A stretch of DNA of 64,000 nucleotides from an uncultured bacterium (GCA_937921485.1 CAKZSV010000004.1:16497-80496), one strand, 5' to 3'. Positions 27,990 through 38,979 are shown, numbered from the stretch's first letter. A program made the numbers and translations. The notes: generated by a model from the sequence alone, not told the origin.

Positions 27990-28745
27990 TCATTCCCACT
28001 CCGTTAAGATTTTTGCCTTCCCATTTACCACCGCAACGGTATGCTCAAAATGTGCAGAAAGACTTCCATCCGCCGTTACGGCTGTCCATCCATCGTCAAG
28101 CACCTTCACTTCATACGTTCCCGCATTTATCATCGGCTCAATCGCAAGTACCATTCCTTCGGCAATTCTCGGACCTTTGCCGGGTTCGCCGAAATTCGGT
28201 ATGGATGGCTCCTCATGCAGCGAAGCACCGATGCCATGTCCCACAAACTCACGCACCGCGGAAAAACCATACCGCACCGCGTGCGATTCAACGGCATGAG
28301 AAATATCCGAAATCCTTTTGCCCGGAGCAACCTGTCCAATACCCTGCATCAATGCTTCACAAGTGGCCTTGAGCAGGGTTTCGGCATCTTTACTTATCGT
28401 ACCGACCTTAAAGGTTCTCGCGGTATCCCCAAAATAGCCGTCTAAAAATACCCCCACATCAATACCCACAATATCGCCCCGGCGCAGCTTAATCTTTTTT
28501 GACGGAATACCGTGCACCACCACTTCATTTATCGATGTACACAGCGCCGCCGGATACCCGCGATATCCCAGAAATGCGGGCTTCGCTTTGCGGGCAGCTA
28601 TAAACTCACGCGCTATTTTGTCAAGCTCGAAGGTACTGATACCTTCGGAAATATGCGCTTCTAAAGCCTTAAGTACACCGGCGGCTACACTGCACGCGCG
28701 GTGAATCTTTTCAATCTGCTCGGCACTATAGGTATAAATTCCCAA
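27990..28745 (-). CDS. map: Type I methionine aminopeptidase
   Basis: GYRGYPAALCTSINEVVVHGIPS...GDIVGIDVGVFLDGYFGD...GHGIG...LAIEPM. Confidence 0.95.
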   Translation of the reverse strand: MGIYTYSAEQIEKIHRACSVAAGVLKALEAHISEGISTFELDKIAREFIAARKAKPAFLGYRGYPAALCTSINEVVVHGIPSKKIKLRRGDIVGIDVGVFLDGYFGDTARTFKVGTISKDAETLLKATCEALMQGIGQVAPGKRISDISHAVESHAVRYGFSAVREFVGHGIGASLHEEPSIPNFGEPGKGPRIAEGMVLAIEPMINAGTYEVKVLDDGWTAVTADGSLSAHFEHTVAVVNGKAKILTEWE

Positions 28746-28763
28746 GACTTCTCACAGTGCGCG

Positions 28764-30113
28764 TTAACGGCGTGCTTTCATACGTCCTTTTTTGAAAAAG
28801 CCATCATAGTGGCGCATGAGCAGTTGCGATTCAACCTGCTTGAGCGTATCAAGCGCAACCCCCACGATAATCAGCAATGAAGTTCCGCCGAAAAGATACG
28901 CCATCTCATGAGAGACTGTCGGCCACATATTGATAATCAGGTCCGGTACAATCGCGATAATCGCCAGAAAAATCGAGCCGGGCAATGTTATGCGGTTTAG
29001 AATCCGCATGATATAATCGGATGTGTTTTTCCCTGGCCGAATGCCGGGTATAAAACCGCCGTATTTTTTCAGATTTTCAGCTATATCGACCGGATTGAAT
29101 TGAATTGCCGTATAAAAATAGCAGAAGAATATAATGAGCGCGCTGTAAAATATGATATAGACCACATGGCCCGGCTGGAGCCAGGTCTGCAAATACACGA
29201 AGAACTGATAGCCTCTTCCCTCGGCGCCGCCGAAGATATTTGAAATGATGCTGCCGATCTGAGTGGGAAAAAGAATAACCGACGACGCGAAAATGATGGG
29301 GATGACGCCGGCCGCATTCACGCGAAGAGGAATCGCCTGCGAGGTCATCTGCACCATGCGCCTTCCCACAATCCGCTTGCCGTATTGAACGGGAATCTTT
29401 CGCACTCCAAGAGTAAGAATAATCGACGCGGCCACGACAAGAATAAAAAGAAATATGAGAATAATGAAAAGAATGGGTTCTTCTACACCGGAAGCCGTTT
29501 GATATATTGCCGCGGGAACCCTCACCACGATGCCTGCGAAGATGATAAGCGAAATGCCGTTTCCAATGCCTTTCTCGGTAATCTGATCACCGAGCCACAT
29601 GAGCACCATTGTACCCGTGGTGATTGATATCACCGCCATTAACGTAAACCAGGCGCCGCCGTCGCTTGGAACGACATTCGGCATGCTTTTCATCCAGAAC
29701 GTAAGGCCGAATGCCTGCGCGGCGCACAAAAGCACCGTCCCGTAGCGCGTGTACTGATTAATCTTCTTCGAACCTTCGGGCCCTTCCTTTGATAATCGCT
29801 CCAGTGCGGGAATAACCACCGTCAGAAGCTGCATGATGATCGAAGCGGAAATATAGGGCATTATGCCGAGCGCAAAAATAGTGAAGCGCTTCAGCGCTCC
29901 TCCCGCAAATAAGTCGAAGAAATCAACGAAGCCTCGGCCCGCCCCTGCGCTCGCGCGCGCGGCCCGCTCGAAATATTCGATCAGCGCTTCGCCGTTTATC
30001 CCCGGCACAGGAATGTGCGCACCAATACGGTACACCACCAGGATAAACAGGGTAAAAAGTATTTTTTTCCTGAGTTCTGGAATTTTAAAAATATTAACGA
30101 TTACATTTGCCAT
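28764..30113 (-). CDS. secY: Preprotein translocase subunit SecY
   Basis: 449-aa polytopic protein. LFAGGALKRFTIFALGIMPYISASIIMQLL. Confidence 0.97.
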   Translation of the reverse strand: MANVIVNIFKIPELRKKILFTLFILVVYRIGAHIPVPGINGEALIEYFERAARASAGAGRGFVDFFDLFAGGALKRFTIFALGIMPYISASIIMQLLTVVIPALERLSKEGPEGSKKINQYTRYGTVLLCAAQAFGLTFWMKSMPNVVPSDGGAWFTLMAVISITTGTMVLMWLGDQITEKGIGNGISLIIFAGIVVRVPAAIYQTASGVEEPILFIILIFLFILVVAASIILTLGVRKIPVQYGKRIVGRRMVQMTSQAIPLRVNAAGVIPIIFASSVILFPTQIGSIISNIFGGAEGRGYQFFVYLQTWLQPGHVVYIIFYSALIIFFCYFYTAIQFNPVDIAENLKKYGGFIPGIRPGKNTSDYIMRILNRITLPGSIFLAIIAIVPDLIINMWPTVSHEMAYLFGGTSLLIIVGVALDTLKQVESQLLMRHYDGFFKKGRMKARR

Positions 30114-30124
30114 TGGCTCACCAG

Positions 30125-30592
30125 TTATTCAGCCTGAGCTTTGCTTTTTTCAATCTTTTTTCGCATCACCACGCTTCCGCCGGCTTTTTTGATCTTTTCC
30201 ACGGCGCTTTTCGAAAACGCATCAGCAGTCACGCTGCACGACCGCGCGATATCACCGGAACCGAGCACCTTAATCTTCATATCGTCCTTCTTCACAAGCC
30301 CTTTTTCCTTCATAAGCTGCGGTGTGACTTCAGATGCATCGAGCCTGGCGATATTCGCAATGTTGACCACCTGGTATTCGACTTTCGTGAAATTTTTAAA
30401 GCCGCGTTTCGGTATTCGCCGCTGAATCGGCATCTGCCCGCCTTCAAACCAGGGAAGGCTTTTGCTGCCGGATCTGCTCATCTGACCTTTCTGCCCGCGG
30501 GTCGATGTCTTTCCCATTCCGCTTCCAGGCCCCCTGCCGACCCTTTTTCGGGTTTTATGTGAAGACGGCCGTTTTAAGGTATATGCTTCCAT
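30125..30592 (-). CDS. rplO: 50S ribosomal protein L15
   Basis: KRVGRGPGSGMGKTSTRGQKGQ...FEGGQMPIQRRIPKRGF. Confidence 0.96.
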   Translation of the reverse strand: MEAYTLKRPSSHKTRKRVGRGPGSGMGKTSTRGQKGQMSRSGSKSLPWFEGGQMPIQRRIPKRGFKNFTKVEYQVVNIANIARLDASEVTPQLMKEKGLVKKDDMKIKVLGSGDIARSCSVTADAFSKSAVEKIKKAGGSVVMRKKIEKSKAQAE

Positions 30593-30609
30593 ATCAGCAC
30601 CAGTCCGTA

Positions 30610-30798
30610 TTATTCATTAATTTCAGTGACTTCCACCATGTGCGACACGCGGTAGATCATGCCCCGAATGACCGCATTGTCGTTATGGATCCGTTCGGAA
30701 TTCATTTTGCGCAAACCCAGCGCCCGAAGCGTCGCACGCTGTTTGGGTTTTGAACCGATAACGCTTTTTATCTGCTTCACTTTAAGCTTCTTTGCCAT
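30610..30798 (-). CDS. rpmD: 50S ribosomal protein L30
   Basis: [31 protein letters not shown]. 17-nt overlap with rpsE. Confidence 0.95.
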   Translation of the reverse strand: MAKKLKVKQIKSVIGSKPKQRATLRALGLRKMNSERIHNDNAVIRGMIYRVSHMVEVTEINE

Positions 30799-31315
30799 AC
30801 GTTCCCCACAGTTTCTTGAGGTTTACTTCCCTAAGTTCAGCGGCTTCGCTCAGGCTTTTAAGCTGAAGAAGCCCGTTCATCGTAGCTTTAACCACATTCT
30901 GCGGGTTTCGCGAACCGAGCGCTTTCGCGAGCACATCCGCAATACCCGCCCTTTCTAAAACCGCACGAACAGCTCCTCCCGCAATCAGGCCCGTCCCGGG
31001 AGTAGCCGGTTTCAAAATCACTCTGGATGTTTTAAATTTCCCCACAATTTCATGAGGAATGGTATTTTTATTAATACTTACTTTAAAGAGGTTTTTCTTC
31101 GCGCTCTCCACGCTTTTTCTGATCGCATCGGGAACCTCATTCGCTTTTCCAAAGCCAATGCCCACATGCCCCTGACCGTCGCCGACAACCGAAAGCGCAT
31201 TGAACGAAAATCTTCTGCCGCCCTTCACCACTTTGGCGACACGATTGATCGAAACCACTTTTTCCGTTAGCTCAAGTCCATCAGGACTCACATGTTTCTT
31301 GTTGCTATTCACCAT
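30782..31315 (-). CDS. rpsE: 30S ribosomal protein S5
   Basis: [48 protein letters not shown]. Confidence 0.97.
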   Translation of the reverse strand: MVNSNKKHVSPDGLELTEKVVSINRVAKVVKGGRRFSFNALSVVGDGQGHVGIGFGKANEVPDAIRKSVESAKKNLFKVSINKNTIPHEIVGKFKTSRVILKPATPGTGLIAGGAVRAVLERAGIADVLAKALGSRNPQNVVKATMNGLLQLKSLSEAAELREVNLKKLWGTYGKEA

Positions 31316-31330
31316 AACGGCGCTCCTGCG

Positions 31331-31693
31331 TTAAAATTCCAAACCAGCTTCACGCGCCGCATCCGCGAACGCTTTCACTTTGCCGTGGTAGATATTGCCG
31401 TTCCGATCAAAAACGACCCTCTTGATTCCTTTCTGCAAAGCCTTAGCAGCCAGAATCTTGCCCAATTCCTTTGCCGCTTCAATGTTCTTTTTCCCCTTCA
31501 TGGGAAAATCCTTTTCCATGGTCGATGCGGAAACCAGAGTATGGCTTTTCAGGTCATCGATAACCTGAACAATAAGATGCTTATTCGTTTTTGTGAAGCA
31601 CAGCCGGGGCCTCTCCTGATCCGTCTGCAGTTTACGCTTACCGCGCATCTTCCTCCGGAATTCCCGAGCTTTGATAACAGCGAACTTGTTCAT
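31331..31693 (-). CDS. rplR: 50S ribosomal protein L18
   Basis: RPRLCFTKTNKHLIVQVIDD...VVFDRNGNIYHGKVKAFADAAREAGLEF. Confidence 0.96.
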   Translation of the reverse strand: MNKFAVIKAREFRRKMRGKRKLQTDQERPRLCFTKTNKHLIVQVIDDLKSHTLVSASTMEKDFPMKGKKNIEAAKELGKILAAKALQKGIKRVVFDRNGNIYHGKVKAFADAAREAGLEF

Positions 31694-32238
31694 TATTTTT
31701 TACCCGTTTTTCCAGCTTTTCTTCTTATTCTTTCATTCGCGTACCGAATGCCTTTGCCTTTGTAAGGTTCCGGCGGACGCAGCTTGCGAATATTCGCGGC
31801 CACCTGACCTACCATCTGTTTGTTGATACCTTTTACTTTAAGTTTCGTTGGTTCCATCACTTCCACGGAAATACCTTCAGGAGGCGAGAAAAGAACCGAG
31901 TGAGAATAACCAAGTTGGAAGACTACATCGCTTTTTTGCTGCTGCGCCCTGTAGCCCACACCGACTATCTCGAGATTTTTCTCGAATCCGGATGAAACGC
32001 CGGTTACCATATTCGCAAGAAGCGCCCGGTGCAAGCCAAACGCTGCACGAACACGTTTGTCGTTCTCATCCCCCACCATCTCAACCTGAAGAACATTGCC
32101 TTCGCTTTTTACATTCACGCAATCCATCAAAACGATCGAATCCGCGCCCATCTTTCCTTTCACGGTCACATTCCTGCCGGAAATTTCGACGCTGACTCCA
32201 TCAGGTATTGGTATCGGTTTTTTCCCTATTCGTGACAT
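31693..32238 (-). CDS. rplF: 50S ribosomal protein L6
   Basis: MSRIGKKPIPIPDGVSVEISGRNVTVKGKMG...VGVGYRA. Confidence 0.97.
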   Translation of the reverse strand: MSRIGKKPIPIPDGVSVEISGRNVTVKGKMGADSIVLMDCVNVKSEGNVLQVEMVGDENDKRVRAAFGLHRALLANMVTGVSSGFEKNLEIVGVGYRAQQQKSDVVFQLGYSHSVLFSPPEGISVEVMEPTKLKVKGINKQMVGQVAANIRKLRPPEPYKGKGIRYANERIRRKAGKTGKK

Positions 32239-32255
32239 TGTTTACTCAATCCTCA

Positions 32256-32657
32256 TCACAATATTTCGCAAATCACTTCGCCGCCCACATTGAGCTTCTT
32301 CGCGGTTTTATTGGTAATAATGCCGCGCGACGTCGAAAGAATTCGAATACCCAGATTATTATACACTGGCCTGATTTCTTTTGCCTGCATATAGATCCTT
32401 CTACCTGGAGAACTCACGCGCCGCATCTTCACGATCGCCGGAGTATTATCCGCGCTGTACTTGAAATAAACCCTGAGAATCTTCTGCTTGTTATCGTCAA
32501 TCACCTTATAGTTTTTAATAAAGCCTTCATCTTTCAGAATGCGTGCGATTGCGAGCTTCATTTTGGAAGAGGGAATATCCGTCTTCAGATGGTTCGCTTT
32601 CATCGCGTTTCGCATCCGTGTCAACATATCGGAAATCGGATCGCTTACTCTGCTCAT
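32256..32657 (-). CDS. rpsH: 30S ribosomal protein S8
   Basis: DPISDMLTRMRNAMKANHLKTDIPSSKMKLAIARILKDEGFI. Confidence 0.97.
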   Translation of the reverse strand: MSRVSDPISDMLTRMRNAMKANHLKTDIPSSKMKLAIARILKDEGFIKNYKVIDDNKQKILRVYFKYSADNTPAIVKMRRVSSPGRRIYMQAKEIRPVYNNLGIRILSTSRGIITNKTAKKLNVGGEVICEIL

Positions 32658-32681
32658 TACCTGCTCCAGCTTAAAATAATA

Positions 32682-32867
32682 TCACCATGAAGATTTAACC
32701 ACGCCGGGAAGCTTCCCTTCGTTTGCCAGCTTACGGAAACAAATCCTGCACATTTCGAAGCGGCGCAAATACCCGCGCGATCTTCCGCAAATTTTACACC
32801 GGTTATGTTCACGCACCCGATATTTCCTCGGAGTTCTGCTTTTGGCAATCAAACATGTCTTGGCCAT
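32682..32867 (-). CDS. rpsN: 30S ribosomal protein S14, type Z (zinc form)
   Basis: 61 aa. [28 protein letters not shown] carries CxxC...CxxC. Confidence 0.96.
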   Translation of the reverse strand: MAKTCLIAKSRTPRKYRVREHNRCKICGRSRGYLRRFEMCRICFRKLANEGKLPGVVKSSW

Positions 32868-32878
32868 TATCCTTACCC

Positions 32879-33421
32879 CTATTCTCTGAACGGCATCTTG
32901 AATTCTTCAAGGAGCGCCTTAGCTTCTTCCTTGTTCTTTGCGTTTGTTACAATCGTTATGTTCATCCCGTGGATCTTTTCCACCTTATCAAAATCGATTT
33001 CAGGGAAAATGATCTGCTCTTTGATAGAAAAATTGTAATTGCCGAAATCATCAAAAGATTTTGGAGTAAGGCCTTTGAAGTCTCTCACGCGCGGAAGAGA
33101 GATATTGATCAGCCTGTCCAAAAATTCGTACATGCGATCCTTCCTCAAGGTAACGCGACAGCCGACTTCATACCCTTCGCGAATCTTGAAATTCGATATC
33201 GCTTTTTTCGCTACGGTTTTGACCGCTTTCTGGCCTGAAATGGTCGTCAACTCATCAACCGCCGCATTGAGCGCATTCACGTTCGCATGCCCATCCCCCA
33301 TCCCCACGTTCAATACGATTTTTTCGATACGGGGGACCTGCATAATCGATTTGCATTTTAGGCGCTCAAAAAGCCTTTTCTGAATTTTCTTGTAATATTC
33401 CTCTCTCAACCTGCTGGCCAT
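32879..33421 (-). CDS. rplE: 50S ribosomal protein L5
   Basis: [17 protein letters not shown]...[27 protein letters not shown]. Confidence 0.97.
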   Translation of the reverse strand: MASRLREEYYKKIQKRLFERLKCKSIMQVPRIEKIVLNVGMGDGHANVNALNAAVDELTTISGQKAVKTVAKKAISNFKIREGYEVGCRVTLRKDRMYEFLDRLINISLPRVRDFKGLTPKSFDDFGNYNFSIKEQIIFPEIDFDKVEKIHGMNITIVTNAKNKEEAKALLEEFKMPFRE

Positions 33422-33435
33422 TGATCATTCCTCAA

Positions 33436-33756
33436 CTAAATTTCCTTGTTGCACTTCTTGCACTTTCTGACCTTTCTATCTTCCTTGATATCAAAGCCGA
33501 CCCGTACGCCCTTTTTGCACTTTTCACAGAACAACATGACATTCGATATGTTGATCGGATATTCGAGCGTTATGACTCCGCCTTTGGGAGCTTCCTGACT
33601 GGGGCGAACGAACTTTTTCTTCTTATTAACACCCTCAACCACCACGCGCCCTTTTTGTGAATCTATAAAAAGGACTTTTCCGCGCCGTCCCTTATCCTTG
33701 CCGGTGATGACAATCACGCTGTCATTCTTTTTGATTTTTTTACTAATTCCCGCCAT
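33436..33756 (-). CDS. rplX: 50S ribosomal protein L24 with C-terminal Cys4 ribbon
   Basis: MAGISKKIKKNDSVIVITGKDKGRRGKV... ends in CEKCKKGVRVGFDIKEDRKVRKCKKCNKEI. The ATG at 33756 is preferred over the track start at 33771. Confidence 0.93.
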   Translation of the reverse strand: MAGISKKIKKNDSVIVITGKDKGRRGKVLFIDSQKGRVVVEGVNKKKKFVRPSQEAPKGGVITLEYPINISNVMLFCEKCKKGVRVGFDIKEDRKVRKCKKCNKEI

Positions 33757-33795
33757 CGCGCATTTCCTCACACATATCTCATATCACAAACATCA

Positions 33796-34188
33796 TTAAA
33801 GAACTTCCGGAGCAAGCGAAACAATTTTCATGAAATTCCTGTCGCGGAGTTCCCTTGCCACCGGTCCAAAGATGCGGGTTCCCCTCGGTTCACCCTTGGT
33901 ATCGATAATAGCCACCGCATTGTCGTCGAATCTGATATAGGAACCGTCTTTTCGACGAACCGCCCTCTTCGCACGGACTATCACTGCGCGCAGCACCGCT
34001 TTCCCGTGGACTTTTTTGCCGGTCGAATCCTTTAAACCGTATGAGGGATGGGCATCTTTAACCGCGACGATGATCACATCTCCTACGGTCGCATATCTGC
34101 GCCTGGTGCCGCCCAAAATTTTAATACACTGTACTTTTTTCACGCCGCTGTTATCGGCCACTTCGAGCATCGTTTCCACCTGGATCAT
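33796..34188 (-). CDS. rplN: 50S ribosomal protein L14
   Basis: [27 protein letters not shown]. It carries a short insertion ([12 protein letters not shown]) relative to the ~122-aa forms I recall. Confidence 0.96.
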   Translation of the reverse strand: MIQVETMLEVADNSGVKKVQCIKILGGTRRRYATVGDVIIVAVKDAHPSYGLKDSTGKKVHGKAVLRAVIVRAKRAVRRKDGSYIRFDDNAVAIIDTKGEPRGTRIFGPVARELRDRNFMKIVSLAPEVL

Positions 34189-34197
34189 GATCCACCT

Positions 34198-34455
34198 CTA
34201 CTTCGCCTTCTGAATGATTTCCGCCAATCTGTAGCGCTTTTCTTTTGAAAGCGGCCGCGTCTCAACCACGCGAACGATATCGCCAACCGAACATTCGTTG
34301 CGCTCGTCATGCGCCTTGATTTTCTTATTAATTTTCACCGATTTCTTGTAGAGCGAATGCAATTTCATGCGCTCAAGACGCACCACAATCGTTTTATCCA
34401 TTTTATTGCTTACCACAGTTCCGGTTAGCGCTTTTTTTACTTTTTTCGTTTCCAT
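34198..34455 (-). CDS. rpsQ: 30S ribosomal protein S17
   Basis: [42 protein letters not shown]. Confidence 0.96.
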   Translation of the reverse strand: METKKVKKALTGTVVSNKMDKTIVVRLERMKLHSLYKKSVKINKKIKAHDERNECSVGDIVRVVETRPLSKEKRYRLAEIIQKAK

Positions 34456-34479
34456 AATTCCACCACAATTTGGGTAATA

Positions 34480-34689
34480 TTATTTCCCCTTTGGAGTCCT
34501 AATACCAAGACTATATTCGCTTTTCAGCGTCAGGATCCTGGCAATATTCTTCTTGAGTTGCTTGATTTTCTGGGGATTGTCGATTTTACTCGTCACCCCT
34601 TTAAACCGCTCCTTGCGGAGCTCCTCTTTATTTTCCCGAAGAGTGCGGTTGAGTTCTTCCATTCCCAATTCGTCAAGTTTTCCTTTCAT
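34480..34689 (-). CDS. rpmC: 50S ribosomal protein L29
   Basis: MKGKLDELGMEELNRTLRENKEELRKERFK. The internal ATG at 34689 is preferred over 34722. Confidence 0.9.
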   Translation of the reverse strand: MKGKLDELGMEELNRTLRENKEELRKERFKGVTSKIDNPQKIKQLKKNIARILTLKSEYSLGIRTPKGK

Positions 34690-34740
34690 CGTTCGTTCCT
34701 CAGCATCGATGATACGCCACAAGGCGCATACATAAAGATA

Positions 34741-35157
34741 TTATTTCTGCTCCTCGAGCGTGATTATCTTCGTCTTCACGGGCAATTTCCTTGAAGCAAG
34801 AAGCAAAGCTTCTCTGGCCATGGCAAAATCCACGCCGGCAAGCTCAAAGAGAATTCTGCCGGGCTTAATGCGGGCTTCCCAGCCTTCGGGATTGCCCTTC
34901 CCCTTCCCCATGCGGGTTTCTGCCGGCTTTTTCGTAAAAGGATAATCCGGAAAAATCCTAATCCACAGCTTCCCGCCTCTTTTGAGCTGACGATTAATTG
35001 CCACACGTGCGGCTTCGATCTGTTTGCTGGAAATTTTTCCCGCTTCCAGCGATTTTAAAGCGTGTTCACCGAATGCAATCGAAGAACCTTTCTGGGCCTT
35101 TCCCTTCATCCTGCCCCTCTGCATCTTGCGGTATTTGGATCGTTTTGGCATTAACAT
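34741..35157 (-). CDS. rplP: 50S ribosomal protein L16
   Basis: [38 protein letters not shown]. Confidence 0.97.
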   Translation of the reverse strand: MLMPKRSKYRKMQRGRMKGKAQKGSSIAFGEHALKSLEAGKISSKQIEAARVAINRQLKRGGKLWIRIFPDYPFTKKPAETRMGKGKGNPEGWEARIKPGRILFELAGVDFAMAREALLLASRKLPVKTKIITLEEQK

Positions 35158-35162
35158 GGCAA

Positions 35163-35858
35163 TTAACCCCTATCTTCCCGAGAGCGCCTTCGACCGGCGA
35201 ATCTGCTTTCTTCATCAGTATTTTCGTCCTTTGAGAGAACCTCTCCGTTATAAATCCACACTTTAATTCCGATAAGGCCGAAGGTGGTAAGCGCCTCAGC
35301 AGTGCCGTAATCGATATCTGCGCGAAGCGTGTGAAGCGGAATACGGCCTTCCTTATATGATTCAGAACGCGCGATTTCCGCACCATTGAGCCTTCCGGAC
35401 ACCGCGACCTTAACCCCAAGCGCACCAGATCGAATCGCTCCGGCAATCGCCTGCTTGACGGCCCGCCGGTACGGAAAACGCGATTCAAGCTGCGAGGCAA
35501 TCTGCATCGCAATGAGTTTCGCATTTTTTTCAGACTTTTTAATTTCGACAATGTTAATATAAACGTTTTTCGACGCTATTTTCTGAATATCAGCCTTGAG
35601 CTTTTCAATATCAACGCCCTTTCGCCCAATTAAAAGGCCGGGGCGGGAAGCATGGATGTTGACATTGATGCGGTCATGCAGTCTTTCGATCACGACATCG
35701 CCTATGCCCGCGCTTTTGTGGGCTTTATTAATAAATTTTTTAATCGCAAGGTCTTCATGCAAATAGCGCGAATAATTCTTCTTGTCTTCGTACCAGATTG
35801 AATCCCATTTCTTAATAACGCCGATTCTGAAACCGACCGGATTAACCTTCTGCCCCAT
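35163..35858 (-). CDS. rpsC: 30S ribosomal protein S3
   Basis: [29 protein letters not shown]. Confidence 0.97.
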   Translation of the reverse strand: MGQKVNPVGFRIGVIKKWDSIWYEDKKNYSRYLHEDLAIKKFINKAHKSAGIGDVVIERLHDRINVNIHASRPGLLIGRKGVDIEKLKADIQKIASKNVYINIVEIKKSEKNAKLIAMQIASQLESRFPYRRAVKQAIAGAIRSGALGVKVAVSGRLNGAEIARSESYKEGRIPLHTLRADIDYGTAEALTTFGLIGIKVWIYNGEVLSKDENTDEESRFAGRRRSREDRG

Positions 35859-35892
35859 CTGATTATCCTTTATCCTAAAAATTTCTCAAATA

Positions 35893-36231
35893 TCAGCTTT
35901 CATCAGAAAGAATGACGGTGATGGTGCTCGTTCTTTTCCTAATACGCGAAGCACGGCCGCGTGCCCGCGCCTTAAAACGCTTCATCGTCGGCCCTTCATC
36001 AACGCACACTTTTTTAATATACAGAACTCTGTCCAAAATTTCCGGATTGCGGTACTTTGCATTGGCCCCGGCTGAATACAGCACTTTTAAAATCAGCTTT
36101 GATGCTTTACGGGGAATTGCCTTCAATATATCAACCGCTTCGGGGAACGAGTACCCTTTAATCTCATTGGCAACAAGGCGCGCCTTCGATGCCGAAATAC
36201 GATTGTATTTAGAAATCGACGATGATTCCAT
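35893..36231 (-). CDS. rplV: 50S ribosomal protein L22
   Basis: RISASKARLVANEIKGYSFPEAVDILK...KRFKARARGRASRIRKRTSTITV. Confidence 0.96.
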   Translation of the reverse strand: MESSSISKYNRISASKARLVANEIKGYSFPEAVDILKAIPRKASKLILKVLYSAGANAKYRNPEILDRVLYIKKVCVDEGPTMKRFKARARGRASRIRKRTSTITVILSDES

Positions 36232-36243
36232 GTGTAAAACCCC

Positions 36244-36531
36244 CTACTTAGTTTTCTTCGCGACCTTATCGTCTTTGCTCGTATGGCCTCGATAGGTCCT
36301 TGTCGGAGAAAATTCGCCGAGCTTGTGGCCCACCATGTTCTCCGTCACATAGACAGGTATGAAATTTTTTCCGTTATGCACCATGATGGTATGGCCAATC
36401 ATCTCCGGAAATATCGTCGAGCGACGCGACCAGGTTTTGATCGATTTGCGCGCATTGGACGAATTCATCTCTTCAATCTTCTTGAAAAGCTTCATGTCGA
36501 TATAAGGACCTTTCTTGATGGACCGTGACAT
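36244..36531 (-). CDS. rpsS: 30S ribosomal protein S19
   Basis: [20 protein letters not shown]...[33 protein letters not shown]. Confidence 0.97.
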   Translation of the reverse strand: MSRSIKKGPYIDMKLFKKIEEMNSSNARKSIKTWSRRSTIFPEMIGHTIMVHNGKNFIPVYVTENMVGHKLGEFSPTRTYRGHTSKDDKVAKKTK

Positions 36532-36533
36532 AC

Positions 36534-37358
36534 TTATTTCCTTCTCTTGATGATCATTTTATTGCTGTACTTTTTCTTCTTCCGAGTCTTGTATCCTTTC
36601 GTCGGTTTTCCGGTCGGCGACACAGGGTGGCGGCCGCCCGATGACTTACCTTCACCGCCCCCAAGAGGATGGTCGATTGGATTCATCGCAACACCGCGGA
36701 CTTTCGGGCGTCGATGCATCCAGCGTGAGCGCCCTGCTTTCCCTATCGTGACATTAACATGGTCTTTGTTCCCGACTTCGCCGATGCATGCATAGCATTC
36801 TTTATGGATCTTGCGAATTTCTCCGGAAGGAAGCTTCACCAGACAATAGTCGCCTTCCTTCGCGGCAATCTGCGCTGCGGTACCGGCAGAGCGGGCAATC
36901 TGTCCGCCTTTTCCGCGGGTCAATTCAATGTTGTAAATATTTGTGCCTGTCGGAATATTCTTAAGCGGGAGAGAGTTGCCGACCTTAATTTCAACATTCT
37001 CGCCGGAAAGAATTTTATCGCCCACTTTAATAGATTCTGGAGTGATAATATACCTCCTCTCGCCGTCCTTATAGGTCACCAGCGAAATATTCGAAGAACG
37101 GTTCGGATCATATTCGATGCTGGTTACAATTCCTTCAATGCCGTACTTATCTCGTTTGAAATCAATCACCCGGTATTTTCTTTTATGGCCGCCGCCTTTT
37201 CTTCGAACAGAAACCTGACCTTTATATCCCCGCCCCGCATACTGTTTTTTACCTTTTGTAAGCGGTTTATAGGGCTTTTCTTCCGTCAGCTCGTCGAAGG
37301 TAAGAACGGTTTTATACCGCAGCGTTGATGTAACCGGTCTGAATTTTTTTAAGCCCAT
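36534..37358 (-). CDS. rplB: 50S ribosomal protein L2
   Basis: [28 protein letters not shown]...[29 protein letters not shown]. Confidence 0.98.
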   Translation of the reverse strand: MGLKKFRPVTSTLRYKTVLTFDELTEEKPYKPLTKGKKQYAGRGYKGQVSVRRKGGGHKRKYRVIDFKRDKYGIEGIVTSIEYDPNRSSNISLVTYKDGERRYIITPESIKVGDKILSGENVEIKVGNSLPLKNIPTGTNIYNIELTRGKGGQIARSAGTAAQIAAKEGDYCLVKLPSGEIRKIHKECYACIGEVGNKDHVNVTIGKAGRSRWMHRRPKVRGVAMNPIDHPLGGGEGKSSGGRHPVSPTGKPTKGYKTRKKKKYSNKMIIKRRK

Positions 37359-37439
37359 CTCTTTTCCTTTCTACACTGAATGCGTATTGTCGATTTTCCG
37401 AAAAGTTTTCTCGGAAGCTTTTAAAATCCTAATTGCGTA

Positions 37440-37724
37440 TTATTGCCCTTCGAAAAGCTCGATTTTATCCCCTTCTTTTAAGGTGACAATGGCTTTTTTC
37501 CAGGAAGGGGTAAAGCCGTAATTGTACCGAACACGCTTGCGGTGTCCCCTGACATTAATGATGTTCACGCTCACCGGCTCCACATTGAATATTTCCTTTA
37601 TGGCCCGCTTCACGATTTTCTTGTTCGCCTTTTTCGAAACGCGGAATACGTATTTCCTCATTTCGGCAAGCGATGTGCTTTTTTCCGAAAGCACCGGTTT
37701 TATGATGACATCATTGAAATCCAT
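37440..37724 (-). CDS. rplW: 50S ribosomal protein L23
   Basis: DVIIKPVLSEKSTSLAEMRKYVFRVSKKANKKIVKRAIKEIFNVEP. Confidence 0.96.
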   Translation of the reverse strand: MDFNDVIIKPVLSEKSTSLAEMRKYVFRVSKKANKKIVKRAIKEIFNVEPVSVNIINVRGHRKRVRYNYGFTPSWKKAIVTLKEGDKIELFEGQ

Positions 37725-37727
37725 TCT

Positions 37728-38351
37728 TTAACCCCTGGCGTATTTCTCGTTGATCTTCTTCAGGGCGCTTTCCGTGATCACCAAGGTCTGCGCGTAAAAG
37801 AGTTCTCTTCCGGAAAGCCTATTGACATTATTGAAGGAAAACCACTGTATATTCCTGATCGCTCTCTTAAGCTTTTCATCATCGGAATCGGCGATGAGCA
37901 CGCCTTTTTTGATATTCAATGCTTTTCCGATTTTTGCAATTTCTCTTGTTTTGCCTTCGGCAATCGCAAAATCTTCCACCACTTTAATAGAATTAATCTT
38001 CGCTTTAATTGTGAAGAGGGAGCGGTACGCTTCCTGCTTCATTTTTTTTGGAAGGTCAATCCTGTAATCCCTCGGAAGAGGCCCAAATACAATTCCGCCT
38101 CCTTTCCACTGCGGCGCCCTGATGCTCCCCTGACGAGCGCGACCCGTTCCCTTCTGCCTCCATGGCTTGATGCCGCCGCCGCGTACGAACGAGCGCGGCT
38201 TGGTGCTGTGGGTTCCCTGTCGAAGGTTTGCGTTCGCTGCGCGGATGAGTTCGTAGACCAGCACGTCATTGATCTTTGAATTGAACACGCTTTCGTTCAA
38301 CTCGACCTGGCCTTTTACTGTCCCGTCTATTGAGTATTTATCGACAACCAT
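37728..38351 (-). CDS. rplD: 50S ribosomal protein L4
   Basis: [23 protein letters not shown]...[30 protein letters not shown]. The ATG at 38351 avoids overlap with rplC (the track start is 38411). Confidence 0.95.
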   Translation of the reverse strand: MVVDKYSIDGTVKGQVELNESVFNSKINDVLVYELIRAANANLRQGTHSTKPRSFVRGGGIKPWRQKGTGRARQGSIRAPQWKGGGIVFGPLPRDYRIDLPKKMKQEAYRSLFTIKAKINSIKVVEDFAIAEGKTREIAKIGKALNIKKGVLIADSDDEKLKRAIRNIQWFSFNNVNRLSGRELFYAQTLVITESALKKINEKYARG

Positions 38352-38361
38352 GGCACAAATC

Positions 38362-38979
38362 CTATTTCGCTCTAACTTTGATAATTGAATCAACCGTTCC
38401 AGGAACCGCACCGGAAATCAGTACGATATTCTTTTCTTTAATCACTTTCACTACTTTCAAATTTTTAACGGTCACTGTTTTATTTCCGTGGCGGCCGGGC
38501 ATCCGCTGGCCTTTCCAGACCTCGGAAGGATATGCGCATGCACCGATTGAACCAGGCGCTCGATGAAATGTAGAACCGTGCGTCTCTCGCCCGCCGCCGA
38601 ACCCATGGCGCTTAATCACACCCTGAAATCCGCGGCCTTTCGACACGCCCGTCACCTCAACAACATCGTTTTCCTGGAAAATTTCACAGGTAATCACACT
38701 CCCCGCTTCCAGCGACTCATCAAATAGCTCAATTTCCTTTATCACCTTCATAGGGGAAAGATTGCGTTTTTTGAATTCCCCATGCTTCGGTTTCGAGAGC
38801 CTGTTCTCCTTAGCAGCAAGAAAACCAACTTTGAGGGCGGAATACCCATCACGTTCAGAGGTTTTCTTTTGTATCACGGCACAGGGACCCAGTTCGCAGA
38901 TAGTCACGGGAATAACTGTCCCGTCTTCCGCAAGGTACTGCATCATTCCCTTTTTTCTTCCAATCAGCGCCTTTTTCAT
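38362..38979 (-). CDS. rplC: 50S ribosomal protein L3
   Basis: MKKALIGRKKGMMQYLAEDGTVIPVTICE...GVSKGRGFQGVIKRHGFGGG. The internal ATG at 38979 is preferred over 39030. Confidence 0.95.
   Translation of the reverse strand: MKKALIGRKKGMMQYLAEDGTVIPVTICELGPCAVIQKKTSERDGYSALKVGFLAAKENRLSKPKHGEFKKRNLSPMKVIKEIELFDESLEAGSVITCEIFQENDVVEVTGVSKGRGFQGVIKRHGFGGGRETHGSTFHRAPGSIGACAYPSEVWKGQRMPGRHGNKTVTVKNLKVVKVIKEKNIVLISGAVPGTVDSIIKVRAK

Noticed and set aside
28746-28763. The missing adk between secY and map.
   Set aside because: Gene order at this point varies among phyla, and the 18-nt gap shows no remnant. adk is probably encoded elsewhere, so this is not evidence of a deletion event.
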